Origin: a virus
Taxonomy: Duplodnaviria; Caudoviricetes
DNA length: 64,000 nt
Reading direction: 5' to 3' (one strand)
IMG/VR virus record: IMGVR_UViG_3300028888_000116
Location: 1 to 64,000 of that record
The translations under genes and the position numbers were made by a program. Below, in pieces: positions 39,268 through 49,426 of the stretch. The notes below the pieces were generated by a model, which was given only the letters and a program-made list of their open reading frames with translations, had not been told where the DNA came from and did no database searches. Positions within the stretch are counted from its first letter, which is position 1; each line of letters opens with the position of its first letter.

Positions 39268-39738
39268 CTAGTTATCATAATATTCAATCGCTTCTTCTAT
39301 ATTATTAAAACCAATTATATCTTTTTTCTTTATACAAGATAATTGTACTCCATAATCCTTAAAAATATTTTTATTTAAAAGTAAAAAATCTAATAATTCT
39401 TTTTTATCTATATATAAATATTCTATACAGATAATTCTTCGTTTAATAATATCTTCTGAGTTATTTTCCATTTCAAAAACTTCTTTTATTTTATAATTAC
39501 CTTTTTTAAAAGCGAGATATATAAGCTCTTCTTCTTTTTCATCATAATTACCTATTTCATTACAATCATAAAGTGACTTTATATTCCATTTTTTATGCCA
39601 ACTATCGAGCTCTTCTTCAGTAATTCCAAAATCTTTATAATTATTATATAAAACCATAATATGATTCGAGTCAACATATAATAATTTACTCATTTTTGGA
39701 ATATACCACCATCCATCACTTCTTGGTAAATGTGCCAT
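39268..39738 (-). CDS. hypothetical protein
   Basis: 156-aa ORF. Confidence 0.6.
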   Translation of the reverse strand: MAHLPRSDGWWYIPKMSKLLYVDSNHIMVLYNNYKDFGITEEELDSWHKKWNIKSLYDCNEIGNYDEKEEELIYLAFKKGNYKIKEVFEMENNSEDIIKRRIICIEYLYIDKKELLDFLLLNKNIFKDYGVQLSCIKKKDIIGFNNIEEAIEYYDN

Positions 39739-39743
39739 AATAA

Positions 39744-40478
39744 TTATTCCTTTTCAATATCATCAATAACTTTTTTGAATGATTTTTTAGCTCTGTCATT
39801 TATCATAATATCATACATTTTTTTAAATTCTGATAAATGCTCTTTAAATAAATAAAATTTTTTATAATTCCATTGATAAATGCATTGAGTATCAACTCTA
39901 TACTTATGGGCAAAATATGTAAAGCTTCTAAATAAAAAGTAATCTTCAAAAACAAAGAAATTTTCAGTATATGGAATCGCATCATAACATTTTTGAAGAG
40001 TTTTACGATTGAATAGTCTACTCCAATTTCCACCTGGAGCTAATTCTTGATTAATAAATCCTACATTAGAATCTTTTGATGGGTCAACTCTATAAGTTCT
40101 ATTTCTTAAAATATTTCTTCTGCCAACTTCTTTATTTTCAGGTATATTAAATAATTTGAAATTATAGATAATAATATCATCATCAGGCTCGTGATTAAAT
40201 TTAAAATCAAAAAGCTCATCATCTATGTCAACAAACCATACAAAATCATTATTTGTATGATTAAATCCATATCGACGAGCTTCAAATAAGCCAATATGCT
40301 TTTCAGGTATGAGATAATTATAACTTGCTAATTTTTCAGATAAATCTAAACTTTTATCAATTCTATCATCTACTAGAGTGAGCCTATAATCAAAAGTTAA
40401 TTTCTTAATCTTTTTTTCTAAAAACTCATCTAGTAAATTAAAATCTTTATCACAAAAGCAAACTATAATATCAATCAT
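39744..40478 (-). CDS. glycosyltransferase family 2
   Basis: IDIIVCF, LTLVDD, GLFEARRYG, VWFVDIDD (DxD), WSRLFNR, FEDYFL. Confidence 0.88.
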   Translation of the reverse strand: MIDIIVCFCDKDFNLLDEFLEKKIKKLTFDYRLTLVDDRIDKSLDLSEKLASYNYLIPEKHIGLFEARRYGFNHTNNDFVWFVDIDDELFDFKFNHEPDDDIIIYNFKLFNIPENKEVGRRNILRNRTYRVDPSKDSNVGFINQELAPGGNWSRLFNRKTLQKCYDAIPYTENFFVFEDYFLFRSFTYFAHKYRVDTQCIYQWNYKKFYLFKEHLSEFKKMYDIMINDRAKKSFKKVIDDIEKE

Positions 40479-40486
40479 AATATTAA

Positions 40487-41299
40487 TTAGTTAGCTTCAG
40501 GGTCGCCTAAATCTCTAATTAAGATAATAGTATCATCACCAAGGAAGTATTCTTTTGAATCATATTCTGTAAAATCAGATATATAAGTACCTTTTCCAGC
40601 GATTCTATATCCACATTCAGAATCTGCACTACCAAAGTCTTCTCCATAGATGAATATATTATCATAATTAATATTTGGTAAATGTTGATTTTTATATTCA
40701 GCGAGAGTTGTTCCAAGTGGTACAGTTACTGACTCTGTTATACCATTCAAACCATCTCCATATAATGAGTACCAAGGACTAAGACTATAATCATTCCAAT
40801 CAGTAGTCTCTTCACCGTTTTCTTCTTCTCCAGTCTGCTCATTAGTTATTTTTTCATAAGTTCTATCTGTTGCATTTTCTTTTGTCAAATAAGCAATCTT
40901 AAAAGTAACTTGGCCATCTTCTTGTCTATCCAAGCCATCAATAATATTTTCTGTTTCTTTATCAATTTCTTCAGCTGAATACTCATCATTTTCATTATCA
41001 TAAGAAATATTAAAATCACTTGAATGGCTTGAAACAATTGCTCTAACTTTAGCTCTACCAGCAGCTTGTGGGTCAACTGGAGGTTCTGGTTCTTTTTCTC
41101 CGCCTTCTCCATTATCAATAGTTCCAGCAATAACTGCGAAATCTGGTGCTGGGAATCCTGTAGCATTGGCAGCAGCAGCCTCATTCATCTTTGCTTCAAC
41201 TTCTTCTATTGTAAGACCAGTTTCTTCTGATATAATTTCCTTTACATCTTTTGATGGGAATTTAGACAATTCCTCGTCTATTTTTTCTGTAAGTGTCAT
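40487..41299 (-). CDS. acidic virion/decoration-like protein
   Basis: ACTAAAT motif, Pro-rich linker EKEPEPPVDP, beta-rich C-terminus. Confidence 0.5.
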   Translation of the reverse strand: MTLTEKIDEELSKFPSKDVKEIISEETGLTIEEVEAKMNEAAAANATGFPAPDFAVIAGTIDNGEGGEKEPEPPVDPQAAGRAKVRAIVSSHSSDFNISYDNENDEYSAEEIDKETENIIDGLDRQEDGQVTFKIAYLTKENATDRTYEKITNEQTGEEENGEETTDWNDYSLSPWYSLYGDGLNGITESVTVPLGTTLAEYKNQHLPNINYDNIFIYGEDFGSADSECGYRIAGKGTYISDFTEYDSKEYFLGDDTIILIRDLGDPEAN

Positions 41300-41398
41300 T
41301 TACAAACTCCTATAAAAATTTTTATAATCTATTTAGTTCATTATATGGTACTAGATATTTATAATTAACTAAATAGATATTCTGAAACGAGGATAATA

Positions 41399-42604
41399 AT
41401 GGAATACCAGAACGGACAATTCATATCAGCATATACAAAAAAAGATACCCTTTTTGAAGGCAAAGTTTACACAAGATTAGATGGCATTAAGGTAGTATTA
41501 AATGAAGAAAAAAGATGGCTACCTATTAATGAATTAACTAATATTAGAGTTATTCAAGAAGCCGACGAAGATGAGCAAGATATTCAATCTTTAGTCGACA
41601 CTGATATTGGAAAATGTGATATTGATAAATTATCTGCACTTGATGATATGACTCTTAATAAAGTTGGAGATAATAGAGAAAACGAATTAGTAAAATCTGG
41701 TGTCAAAATTAAAAAAGGTGATTATTCTACAAGGTTTTCAAATACAGTAAAAGCAAATTCATTAGCAAAAGATGCTAAAAATGGTAATATTTCAGTAAGT
41801 ACAGCTCTTGAAAAATATAAACAATCAAAGGATATTGACATCGATATGAGAATTAAGAATACATTAAAAGAAAGTTTTGAAGATGATGATTTACTTGATG
41901 ATTTTGGTGTAGCTGATTACGAAGATAGTTTTTCAGATGATGATGATTCAGTAACATTTGATGATTTCGACGATGATTTCAATGATTACGATGATTCCTA
42001 TGATGAAGATATTGATGATGTAATCGTTGATAAGCAAGAAGATGATGTTTTATTTGATACTTTCAGTGAATCAAAAATGAAAGAAGGTTGGACAGATTCT
42101 TGTGGTAGACATCACGATGAAAAATATAAAGACCAATTCGGTATTGAACATAATGGTACTGAAGTTGGAGATGTTTGGGACAAAGAAGAAAAAGAAGAAA
42201 AAGAAAAAATTGAAGAAGCTGTAGATAAAGAGTTTGAAGAAGCATTTAATGATTTTGAAGAAAACGTTGTAAGATATGATGTTTCTAAACTTTATGAAGT
42301 ACTCTGTGCAAGATTTGGATACGAGCCAGAAAAGAATATTACGGATTTTGAAGAAGCAATTTTTAATCTTGAAGAAGCAGAAGTAAATAATAGATTAAAG
42401 GAACTTCAGAAAACAGCTGATGGAAGATATACTGGAGATGATAGAGATTTACAGCAGCTTTATGATATTGAAATTAATGGAAGAACATTTGATACAAATC
42501 CACAATTAGTTGGATTACAAGCAAATACTGCTAAGCAGACTTTAAATAATCTTAAAAAGCAGCATCCAAATTATAATATTAGGATTATTCAACACATAGA
42601 TTAA
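41399..42604 (+). CDS. highly acidic protein, possible prohead core/internal protein
   Basis: Asp-rich low-complexity centre, several xxE|S/A/G sites, ACTAAAT upstream. Confidence 0.55.
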   Translation: MEYQNGQFISAYTKKDTLFEGKVYTRLDGIKVVLNEEKRWLPINELTNIRVIQEADEDEQDIQSLVDTDIGKCDIDKLSALDDMTLNKVGDNRENELVKSGVKIKKGDYSTRFSNTVKANSLAKDAKNGNISVSTALEKYKQSKDIDIDMRIKNTLKESFEDDDLLDDFGVADYEDSFSDDDDSVTFDDFDDDFNDYDDSYDEDIDDVIVDKQEDDVLFDTFSESKMKEGWTDSCGRHHDEKYKDQFGIEHNGTEVGDVWDKEEKEEKEKIEEAVDKEFEEAFNDFEENVVRYDVSKLYEVLCARFGYEPEKNITDFEEAIFNLEEAEVNNRLKELQKTADGRYTGDDRDLQQLYDIEINGRTFDTNPQLVGLQANTAKQTLNNLKKQHPNYNIRIIQHID

Positions 42605-43061
42605 GGTAAGAATCCAAATAATCATTGACCTTACCAAGATTCATAAACCCAAGGTGTTCATAAAAACCTTGGGCCTTTTTATTTTGAGGCTGACAATAAA
42701 GAGTTATATCATATTTTTTCTGATTAATTTGATTCATTAATTTCTTGCCATATCCTTTGTTTCGGAATGACTTCTTTACGTAGATGAAATTAACGTGGCA
42801 ATAACTTCTAAATTTTTCAATATTTTCAGAATTGTTTTCGGTATAATTGATGAATCCGATACATTTATTTCTTTTTACAATCATTACAGTTTTTTCATTT
42901 TCCGCAAGATTTAAAAGAGTTTCATAAGTTGTATCGCTTAAATCTATCAGATTGAATTTCTGACATTCATCAAAGTATTTTGAGAACTCTTTCTTGAAAG
43001 ATTCAAGAAGTTTTTCATTTTTAAGGATTTCGTCTGTCTTATAAATGAATTTAATTCCCAT
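42585..43061 (-). CDS. GNAT acetyltransferase
   Basis: FIYVKKSFRNKGYGKKLM (motif A), NKKAQGFYEHLGF. Confidence 0.92.
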   Translation of the reverse strand: MGIKFIYKTDEILKNEKLLESFKKEFSKYFDECQKFNLIDLSDTTYETLLNLAENEKTVMIVKRNKCIGFINYTENNSENIEKFRSYCHVNFIYVKKSFRNKGYGKKLMNQINQKKYDITLYCQPQNKKAQGFYEHLGFMNLGKVNDYLDSYLNLCVE

Positions 43062-43099
43062 ATTTATAATATAATGAATTTCTTAAAAAAGTTAGAAAT

Positions 43100-43819
43100 T
43101 TATAGAGAAATTCCGATATTTATATTTCCAGTTGTAGTATCAATTTTGATATTTCTAATATTAATGCCTGGTACAACTTTTACTGTATTATAAATATAAT
43201 TTTGGTCGTGAATAATTGAAGCTGGGTCAATATCATTTCCAATAAAAGAGTCAATATGATAAACTAAATCCAAGTCAATTTTTCCGTTTGTTTCAACTGC
43301 GTTACACTCAAGTCTTCTATATGTTCCCGAGTTTCCAGTACCTTCAATAAATGCTTTTTCAATTAAAGGAAGAATAGTATTATTCATAACTTTTGCTTTC
43401 GCTTCAACTGCTGGAGACATCTGTCCAACTGAGAATTCACCCTTTTCAAATTTAATTTTACATTCACCTTCTTTTGGAGTGATATTGTCAGGAGCAACAA
43501 GGTTTGAGTCCTTTTGTATACCTTCTGAATTTCCAGTTATAGGATTCTGAAGTGAAGAAGGTTTAAAATTATCTTCCGTTGATTGAGCATTTAAAGGAGC
43601 GGTTGAGAAATTTTCTTTTGAAGTATCAGATTTTTCTTCTGCTGGATTTTTCTCATCTGTATCATCATTTTCCGCTTCTATCTGTTCTTCAGCTTGCTCA
43701 ACCTTTTCTTGTTGCTTCTTTTCTTCATCTTCATCTTGATTTGGCTGCTGAGTATCGGCTTCATTTAATCTATAATAATTAAGGTTTTCACCAAGTCTTT
43801 TAATATCTTCAATTTTCAT
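43100..43819 (-). CDS. hypothetical protein with acidic N-terminal region (likely start MKIED)
   Basis: ACTAAATATTTTATG upstream; LNE|A site. Confidence 0.6.
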   Translation of the reverse strand: MKIEDIKRLGENLNYYRLNEADTQQPNQDEDEEKKQQEKVEQAEEQIEAENDDTDEKNPAEEKSDTSKENFSTAPLNAQSTEDNFKPSSLQNPITGNSEGIQKDSNLVAPDNITPKEGECKIKFEKGEFSVGQMSPAVEAKAKVMNNTILPLIEKAFIEGTGNSGTYRRLECNAVETNGKIDLDLVYHIDSFIGNDIDPASIIHDQNYIYNTVKVVPGINIRNIKIDTTTGNINIGISL

Positions 43820-43856
43820 AAAATATTTAGTATATAGCATAGTTAATCTTATTTAT

Positions 43857-44327
43857 ATGAACGAAAATGAAAGAGTAAATCACCCATCACATTATGAAAA
43901 AGGAAATGGACATACCGAATGTATATATCTTTTATCAATTTTAGCTGAAAGATTTTCTGGTATTTATGCTGGACTCGTTATGCAAGCGAAATATCTTTAT
44001 AGAGCTGGGTCAAAAAGTGAAGAAGGTATTGGAATAATTGAAAAATCAATAGAAGATATTAAAAAGTTTAAATTCTATTGGGGTAAAATGTGTGAAAATA
44101 AAATAGAATGTATGAAGTCAATGAAACCAAGATTTAATCCTTTAATGGAAAAAGTTTTGATAGAAAAATTGGTAAATGAATTTACTTTTGATAAGCCAGA
44201 ATGGGAAAAAGTTTATTATGAAAATATTATTACGAATATCATAACTCTTGAACTCCCAAACCAAATTGATAACGTAATGGATAATATTAAAATCTTAATT
44301 GATAAATTATCAGATACTTTAAAGTAG
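43857..44327 (+). CDS. DUF3310/SaV-like protein
   Basis: RVNHPSHYEKG...ECI...KYLYRAGSK...EDIKK. Confidence 0.8.
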   Translation: MNENERVNHPSHYEKGNGHTECIYLLSILAERFSGIYAGLVMQAKYLYRAGSKSEEGIGIIEKSIEDIKKFKFYWGKMCENKIECMKSMKPRFNPLMEKVLIEKLVNEFTFDKPEWEKVYYENIITNIITLELPNQIDNVMDNIKILIDKLSDTLK

Positions 44328-44342
44328 CAAAGGAGTATAAAA

Positions 44343-45116
44343 ATGTCAAAGAAAGAATCACTCGGCGATTTAATTAAAGGGTATGAAGCAAATTATAATT
44401 TTACTCTTCCAAAAAGAACACCGATTATTGTAAGGATTGACGGAAGAGCAATGCATACCTTTACAAAAGGATTTGAAAAGCCTTATGATGAAATTTTCAT
44501 ACAATCTATGCAAAAAACTATGTTATCTATTTGTGAAGCAATCCAAGGTTGTCAATTCGGATATGTAGAATCTGATGAAATCAGTATCTTAATTTGGGAA
44601 ACAAATAATGAAGCTGACCCTTGGTTTTCAAATAGACTTCAAAAAATTTGTTCTATGACTTCATCAATGGCAACTTTATATTTTAATAGATATTTTATTG
44701 AAGCTTTAAGTTCTTATTCAGAAACTGAAAAGCCGAATCATTATAAAGCTATTAAAGATGGGGCAACTTTTGATTCAAGAGTTTTCATTATTCCTGAGTC
44801 TGTAATTAATCCATATTTTGTTTGGAGACAAAACGATTGTACAAGAAACTCTATTTTAGGATTATCACAAAAATATTTTTCTCATAAACAGATTCACGGT
44901 ATGAAGTGTGATGAGCTTCAAAACAAACTTCTTACTGAAAAAAATATAAATTGGAATGATGAGCCGACTGTTAATAAAAGGGGAACTTGCGCTTATAAAA
45001 TAGTTGATGATATAGATAAGCAAAGTCATATATGGATTCTTGATTTAAATATGCCAATTTTGAATGAAGAAAAAGAATTTGTTTATAGTAAAATTATTTT
45101 CCCACCTGAAGATTAA
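44343..45116 (+). CDS. tRNA-His guanylyltransferase Thg1-like 3'-5' polymerase
   Basis: VRIDGRAMHTFT, YVESDEISIL, FDSRVF, YFVWRQNDCTRNS. Confidence 0.93.
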   Translation: MSKKESLGDLIKGYEANYNFTLPKRTPIIVRIDGRAMHTFTKGFEKPYDEIFIQSMQKTMLSICEAIQGCQFGYVESDEISILIWETNNEADPWFSNRLQKICSMTSSMATLYFNRYFIEALSSYSETEKPNHYKAIKDGATFDSRVFIIPESVINPYFVWRQNDCTRNSILGLSQKYFSHKQIHGMKCDELQNKLLTEKNINWNDEPTVNKRGTCAYKIVDDIDKQSHIWILDLNMPILNEEKEFVYSKIIFPPED

Positions 45117-45164
45117 CTTTTTATAAAATTTCCTTTATATTATAAATATAAAGGAGCCAATTTT

Positions 45165-45500
45165 ATGGCAATAGAACAAAATTTTGAAAGAACCATAACG
45201 CAAACTATCCCGACAATTAAATTTGAAAATATAAATGATACTGAAGCTATTACTCTTTTTATTATAAAATATGGTGGAAAAGTTGAACAAGTAGACTTTA
45301 GACCAAAAGATGAAAACTTCGTTGAATTTTATGGGTGGCATAAAGATGAAATTGCTTCTTGGAGAATTTTTGAACCAAATAGTAGCAGTTATGTATATCG
45401 GCTGATGTTGAAACCAGGTGATGTTGTTGCTTATAAAAATAATAAATTTGAAATTGCATATATTGAGAATCTTGAATCTCTTGGATTTAAGGAGGTATAG
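45165..45500 (+). CDS. hypothetical protein
   Basis: class E promoter and AAGGAG SD. Confidence 0.65.
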   Translation: MAIEQNFERTITQTIPTIKFENINDTEAITLFIIKYGGKVEQVDFRPKDENFVEFYGWHKDEIASWRIFEPNSSSYVYRLMLKPGDVVAYKNNKFEIAYIENLESLGFKEV

Positions 45501-45508
45501 TAGAGCAA

Positions 45509-45751
45509 ATGACAGATAAAATAAGAAACCTTCTTGAAGATGTTCAAACCGTTTATGAAGGTAAAGGAATGGTGGTACACCCTAATTCTTTTGATAAACT
45601 TAGAACGGAAATTATAAAGTTGGATAACATAAATAATCAGCAAAATGAGCAAATAAAGATGATGAAAAATTGTTATAATTGTGCAGGATATTATACAAAA
45701 CAATGCCTTGGCTGTGAAAATTATTCTAATTGGGAGTTAAAGGAAGAATGA
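45509..45751 (+). CDS. hypothetical protein with C-terminal Cys cluster
   Basis: KNCYNCAGYYTKQCLGCENYSNWE. Confidence 0.65.
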   Translation: MTDKIRNLLEDVQTVYEGKGMVVHPNSFDKLRTEIIKLDNINNQQNEQIKMMKNCYNCAGYYTKQCLGCENYSNWELKEE

Positions 45752-46311
45752 CAATATTAGAAAAAATTAAAAAATGTGTTTCTCTAGTTTGGGATTTTCA
45801 AGAGATTTATGGCGAAGAAGATATTGAAGATTTTTGTCATAATGAATTAAGCACCTATCCACAGCACGATGAAATAATGGAATATTTCAAACAAATTGAA
45901 AATCTTGAAATGACAGTTGGAACCTTGCGCACTTTCAGTAATGAGCAGGCAACTTGTATTGAACAACTTGAAAAAGAAAATGCAGAACTGAAAACAGATT
46001 ATGAAGTTCTCAGTTGCTCTGTTGGTGATTTTGGAGAATTGCAGGATAAACTTGAAGAAGAACAAAGAAAAAATAATGAACTTTTTGATAAACTCGCCGA
46101 AGCAAAGGAAATAATCAGTGAATATGTAAGGTTAGCCAATCTTGAAAAAGAAGATACTATTGCAATATGGCAATTATATCACAAGGCAGAACAATTCTTA
46201 AACGGTGAAAATATAATCTTGGAAGATGCTCAAGCTGGAAATAGTCCATTTGATGCAGATGAAATTTTCAATAAAGAAATGAAAGCATATTCAGAAGAAA
46301 AAGTAAAATAA
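45748..46311 (+). CDS. coiled-coil hypothetical protein (likely start MTILEK)
   Basis: ATGA overlap with the previous stop. Confidence 0.65.
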   Translation: MTILEKIKKCVSLVWDFQEIYGEEDIEDFCHNELSTYPQHDEIMEYFKQIENLEMTVGTLRTFSNEQATCIEQLEKENAELKTDYEVLSCSVGDFGELQDKLEEEQRKNNELFDKLAEAKEIISEYVRLANLEKEDTIAIWQLYHKAEQFLNGENIILEDAQAGNSPFDADEIFNKEMKAYSEEKVK

Positions 46312-46665
46312 GATAATCAGTTATTTTACTTTTAAGGTGGAAACTAAAATAAGGAGATGGGGAATGAAAACATTTGATGATTTACTAGAATATGAATTAG
46401 GAGAAGAAGTTCAACTGTTTAATGCACCAAGACAGAATCCTAGAAACTGTTTTGAAACAGGTACAAAAGGAAAGATTATTGAGTTCTTTGAAAATGGACT
46501 TATGATTGAAACAGAAAAAGGAGAACAGATTAGGATTTATCTTCCTGTCGTTGTTTGTAAATGTAAAGGTAAAAATATAATTAAAGAAGATATTGAAGCT
46601 GGGAACAGTCAATTTGACGCAGACAAAGTTTTCAATAAAGAAATGAAAGCATATTCAGAAGAAAA
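46266..46665 (+). repeat. direct repeat with a 37-bp exact core (46266-46302 = 46629-46665) inside a ~75-bp imperfect repeat
   Basis: ttttcaataaagaaatgaaagcatattcagaagaaaa twice. Confidence 0.9.
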
Positions 46666-46669
46666 GTAA
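46337..46669 (+). CDS. hypothetical protein sharing its C-terminal tail with the previous gene
   Basis: ends ED..AGNS.FDAD..FNKEMKAYSEEK. Confidence 0.6.
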   Translation: METKIRRWGMKTFDDLLEYELGEEVQLFNAPRQNPRNCFETGTKGKIIEFFENGLMIETEKGEQIRIYLPVVVCKCKGKNIIKEDIEAGNSQFDADKVFNKEMKAYSEEK

Positions 46670-46684
46670 AAAAGTAAGAATAAA

Positions 46685-46846
46685 ATGACTAAAGAAGAAA
46701 AAATTAGGATAAAAGCAAAACGAGTAGCAAATAATCAGATAAAGAAATTAGAATGTGAAATAGAATATTATAAATCCAAAATTGCGGAACTTGAAAAAGA
46801 AAACGAATATTTAAGAAAGGATTTGTATAGGCTGACAACATTTTAG
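46685..46846 (+). CDS. 53-aa coiled-coil protein (not in ORF track)
   Basis: MTKEEKIRIKAKRVANNQIKKLECEIEYYKSKIAELEKENE... Confidence 0.55.
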   Translation: MTKEEKIRIKAKRVANNQIKKLECEIEYYKSKIAELEKENEYLRKDLYRLTTF

Positions 46847-46864
46847 ATTATGGAGTAATGCAAA

Positions 46865-47200
46865 ATGAAAGACGAAGAAATGGCAATGGCAGAAGAATAT
46901 TATTATAAAACTTATCCTGTTACCTTGAATATTGGAGAAGAAGAAAGGAAAAAGAAAGTTATGGATATTTTCCTTGCTGGCCTTAAAGCTAATTGGCCGA
47001 AGTGGCACGATTTACGGGAAGACCCTAATGATTTACCAAAAGATGATATGTATGAAGCAAATATTATAACTCCAAGTGGTGACTGGGAAAAGGGAATTTT
47101 TCGTAGAATAGATGGCGAATGTTATTGGAGAATAATTGGGTTTAATGAGAACATAAAAGCCATTGCTTGGTGTGAAGCTCCCGTTTTTGATAAAAAATAA
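46865..47200 (+). CDS. hypothetical protein (DUF551-like C-terminus)
   Basis: KWHDLREDPNDLPK...IAWCEAP. Confidence 0.6.
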   Translation: MKDEEMAMAEEYYYKTYPVTLNIGEEERKKKVMDIFLAGLKANWPKWHDLREDPNDLPKDDMYEANIITPSGDWEKGIFRRIDGECYWRIIGFNENIKAIAWCEAPVFDKK

Positions 47201-47265
47201 GCTTATATGAATAAGTCTAGCTTCATAATATGATAAAATAGATTGTTGCTAGGGATAATGAAAAA

Positions 47266-47457
47266 ATGATTTTTTATTTAACTACTTGTATTATTTTTGG
47301 ATGTTGGATTTTCTTCGGTATGGATTTTTTCACATATCATAATATCGCAGGAATGATTTTATATTTCTTGGAGATAGTTGGAGCACTTTTCCGTATTTTT
47401 GGATTTGACTTAAATTGGAAAACCAAAGATGGAAGTGATGCCAAAATCCCGATATAA
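47266..47457 (+). CDS. small membrane protein
   Basis: two hydrophobic segments. Confidence 0.5.
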   Translation: MIFYLTTCIIFGCWIFFGMDFFTYHNIAGMILYFLEIVGALFRIFGFDLNWKTKDGSDAKIPI

Positions 47458-47500
47458 TAGTTCGTTAATTTAATATTATAAAATTTTAAGGAGTAGGAAA

Positions 47501-47806
47501 ATGCCAACAATTATTTTGAGAAATCCAATACGAGATAGAATGGAAGATGCTTATAAAAACGTTTTCAAAAAATATGGATTCAAATATAATAAAGACATCT
47601 GTATGATTACAAAGAACTTCAAAAATGGCTATATAAAAGTTTCTTTTGATTATGATGCAGGCGTTCTCATTGGGTGGACTCTATATGCTATAAATAATAA
47701 CTATGAAGTAATTTTTGAAAAAGTTTTTTCAAAATCAGAGTCATTTGATATTGATTCTTTTGAAGATTGTTATCTTGAAGCAAAGGAAGCTTTAAGAGGT
47801 ATATAA
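47501..47806 (+). CDS. hypothetical protein
   Basis: AAGGAG SD. Confidence 0.65.
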   Translation: MPTIILRNPIRDRMEDAYKNVFKKYGFKYNKDICMITKNFKNGYIKVSFDYDAGVLIGWTLYAINNNYEVIFEKVFSKSESFDIDSFEDCYLEAKEALRGI

Positions 47807-47971
47807 AATGAATATAAATATAAGGGTTAATTTTAAAGATATTGGTTATAAAGAATATAATAATATCATAAAAATAATTCAAACAGATGAAGAAATTCTC
47901 TTTTTTGGAAAATAAGCGATTTACAGAGAAAAGAAATCTCAAATAAAAGATTTTGTAGTAAAGGAATCAGA

Positions 47972-48946
47972 ATGAAAGTTTTAGTTATACCAGATACTCA
48001 CGGTTCTCACAATTGGGAAATTGTAAAAACAATCCCAAAAGAAAATTATGATAAAATAATTTTTATGGGTGATTACTTTGATTCTTGGGATAATCAATGG
48101 CCAGACCAGGGTGAGAACTTTAAAAATGAATGTGATTTCGTAAGAGAAGACCCAGTAAATAGAAAAATGGTTTTTGGCAATCATTGTTGGAGTTATATTT
48201 CTGGTTCAAGAGATGGCGGAGCCGTATCAGGCCATCAGATTTCAAAAATTGGAGAAATCAGAGCTCTCTTAAATGCAAATTATGATATTCTTGATATTGC
48301 TGAAGAATATGATGGTTGGATATTTTCTCACGCTGGATTTTCTAAAACTTGGGTAGATGGATATTTTAAGCCACTTCTCCATCAAGAACTCGATAAATGG
48401 CCAGAAGAAGATGAAAACGGAAAAGGAGTTGTTTGGGACGAATCAGAGTATTCTATTCAGTTCATAAATGATTTTTTCCATAAGCATTCTCATTGGCCAG
48501 GAGCACCAGATTTTTCTATTGGATTAGATGAGCTTCTTGATTGGCACGGTTATTTTTCTGGTTCGGGAAATGAAAAAACTCAGGGCCCATTTTGGATAAG
48601 ACCAGAATCGCTTTTAATTGATGCATATTATCCAAATCAAGTTGTTGGACATACTGAATATGGAGTTTACGGACCCCTTGGATTAGAGAATAAAGGAAAT
48701 AAAGTTTTAGTTGTAGATTCACCTTCTCATTCTAATATTTTTATTTTTGATACTGAAAACCCAGGTGATTTTATTACAGTAGATACATTTAATAAAACTT
48801 TTAAGGTAATATCAAAAGTATTAAATGATGGAAGAAGTCAACATAAAACAAGAGACCAAATAGAATTTGATTTAATTGAACAGACAATTTTAAATTCTGA
48901 AAAAGCGAAAATATTTCTTGATAATGTGTGGGAAGAAGAAAAATGA
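47972..48946 (+). CDS. calcineurin-like metallophosphoesterase
   Basis: IPDTHG, MGDYFD, FGNH, FSHAG, QVVGHT. Confidence 0.92.
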   Translation: MKVLVIPDTHGSHNWEIVKTIPKENYDKIIFMGDYFDSWDNQWPDQGENFKNECDFVREDPVNRKMVFGNHCWSYISGSRDGGAVSGHQISKIGEIRALLNANYDILDIAEEYDGWIFSHAGFSKTWVDGYFKPLLHQELDKWPEEDENGKGVVWDESEYSIQFINDFFHKHSHWPGAPDFSIGLDELLDWHGYFSGSGNEKTQGPFWIRPESLLIDAYYPNQVVGHTEYGVYGPLGLENKGNKVLVVDSPSHSNIFIFDTENPGDFITVDTFNKTFKVISKVLNDGRSQHKTRDQIEFDLIEQTILNSEKAKIFLDNVWEEEK

Positions 48947-49415
48947 AAGATTTAATTGAAGATAAAGAAAAATTATTAGAGCTTATTTTTTTCTATTATA
49001 ATGCTTTTGTACTCAGAACAAGAAAAAGAAATATGACTGATAAAGAAAAAGAATTATTACGAGGAATGAAAATTGAAGAGCTAATTAGAATTTGTGAAAA
49101 TCAAAAAATATCAATCGAAAAATCAGAATTAAAAGGAACAAATTCTAGTATTTGGGAAAATGTTTTTAAATGAAAATTAGAGAATTTAAATTACCTGAAT
49201 TAAATCTGCGCGCATTTGAAAGTGGAAGATTAAAGGAGTATTTAAAAGAGTACTCCTTTCTTTTATGCCCTTGTACAATGCATTATGCTGATTTCAGAAA
49301 TTTAGATGATTTTATTGCTAAATCAATTCATAATATAATTTATATCAATATTAGATATTCAGTAAGATGGTATTCTAATTTTAATAATATTCTTTGGTAT
49401 AATGCTTGGGGTTAA
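48943..49415 (+). CDS. two small hypothetical ORFs (about 48943-49173 and 49170-49415)
   Basis: coupled starts and stops. Confidence 0.5.
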
Positions 49416-49426
49416 TTTAAAAATCT

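Noticed and set aside
41880-42050. Tandem DNA repeat in the Asp-rich tract
   Set aside because: It is low-complexity GAT/GAC coding sequence without a fixed period.
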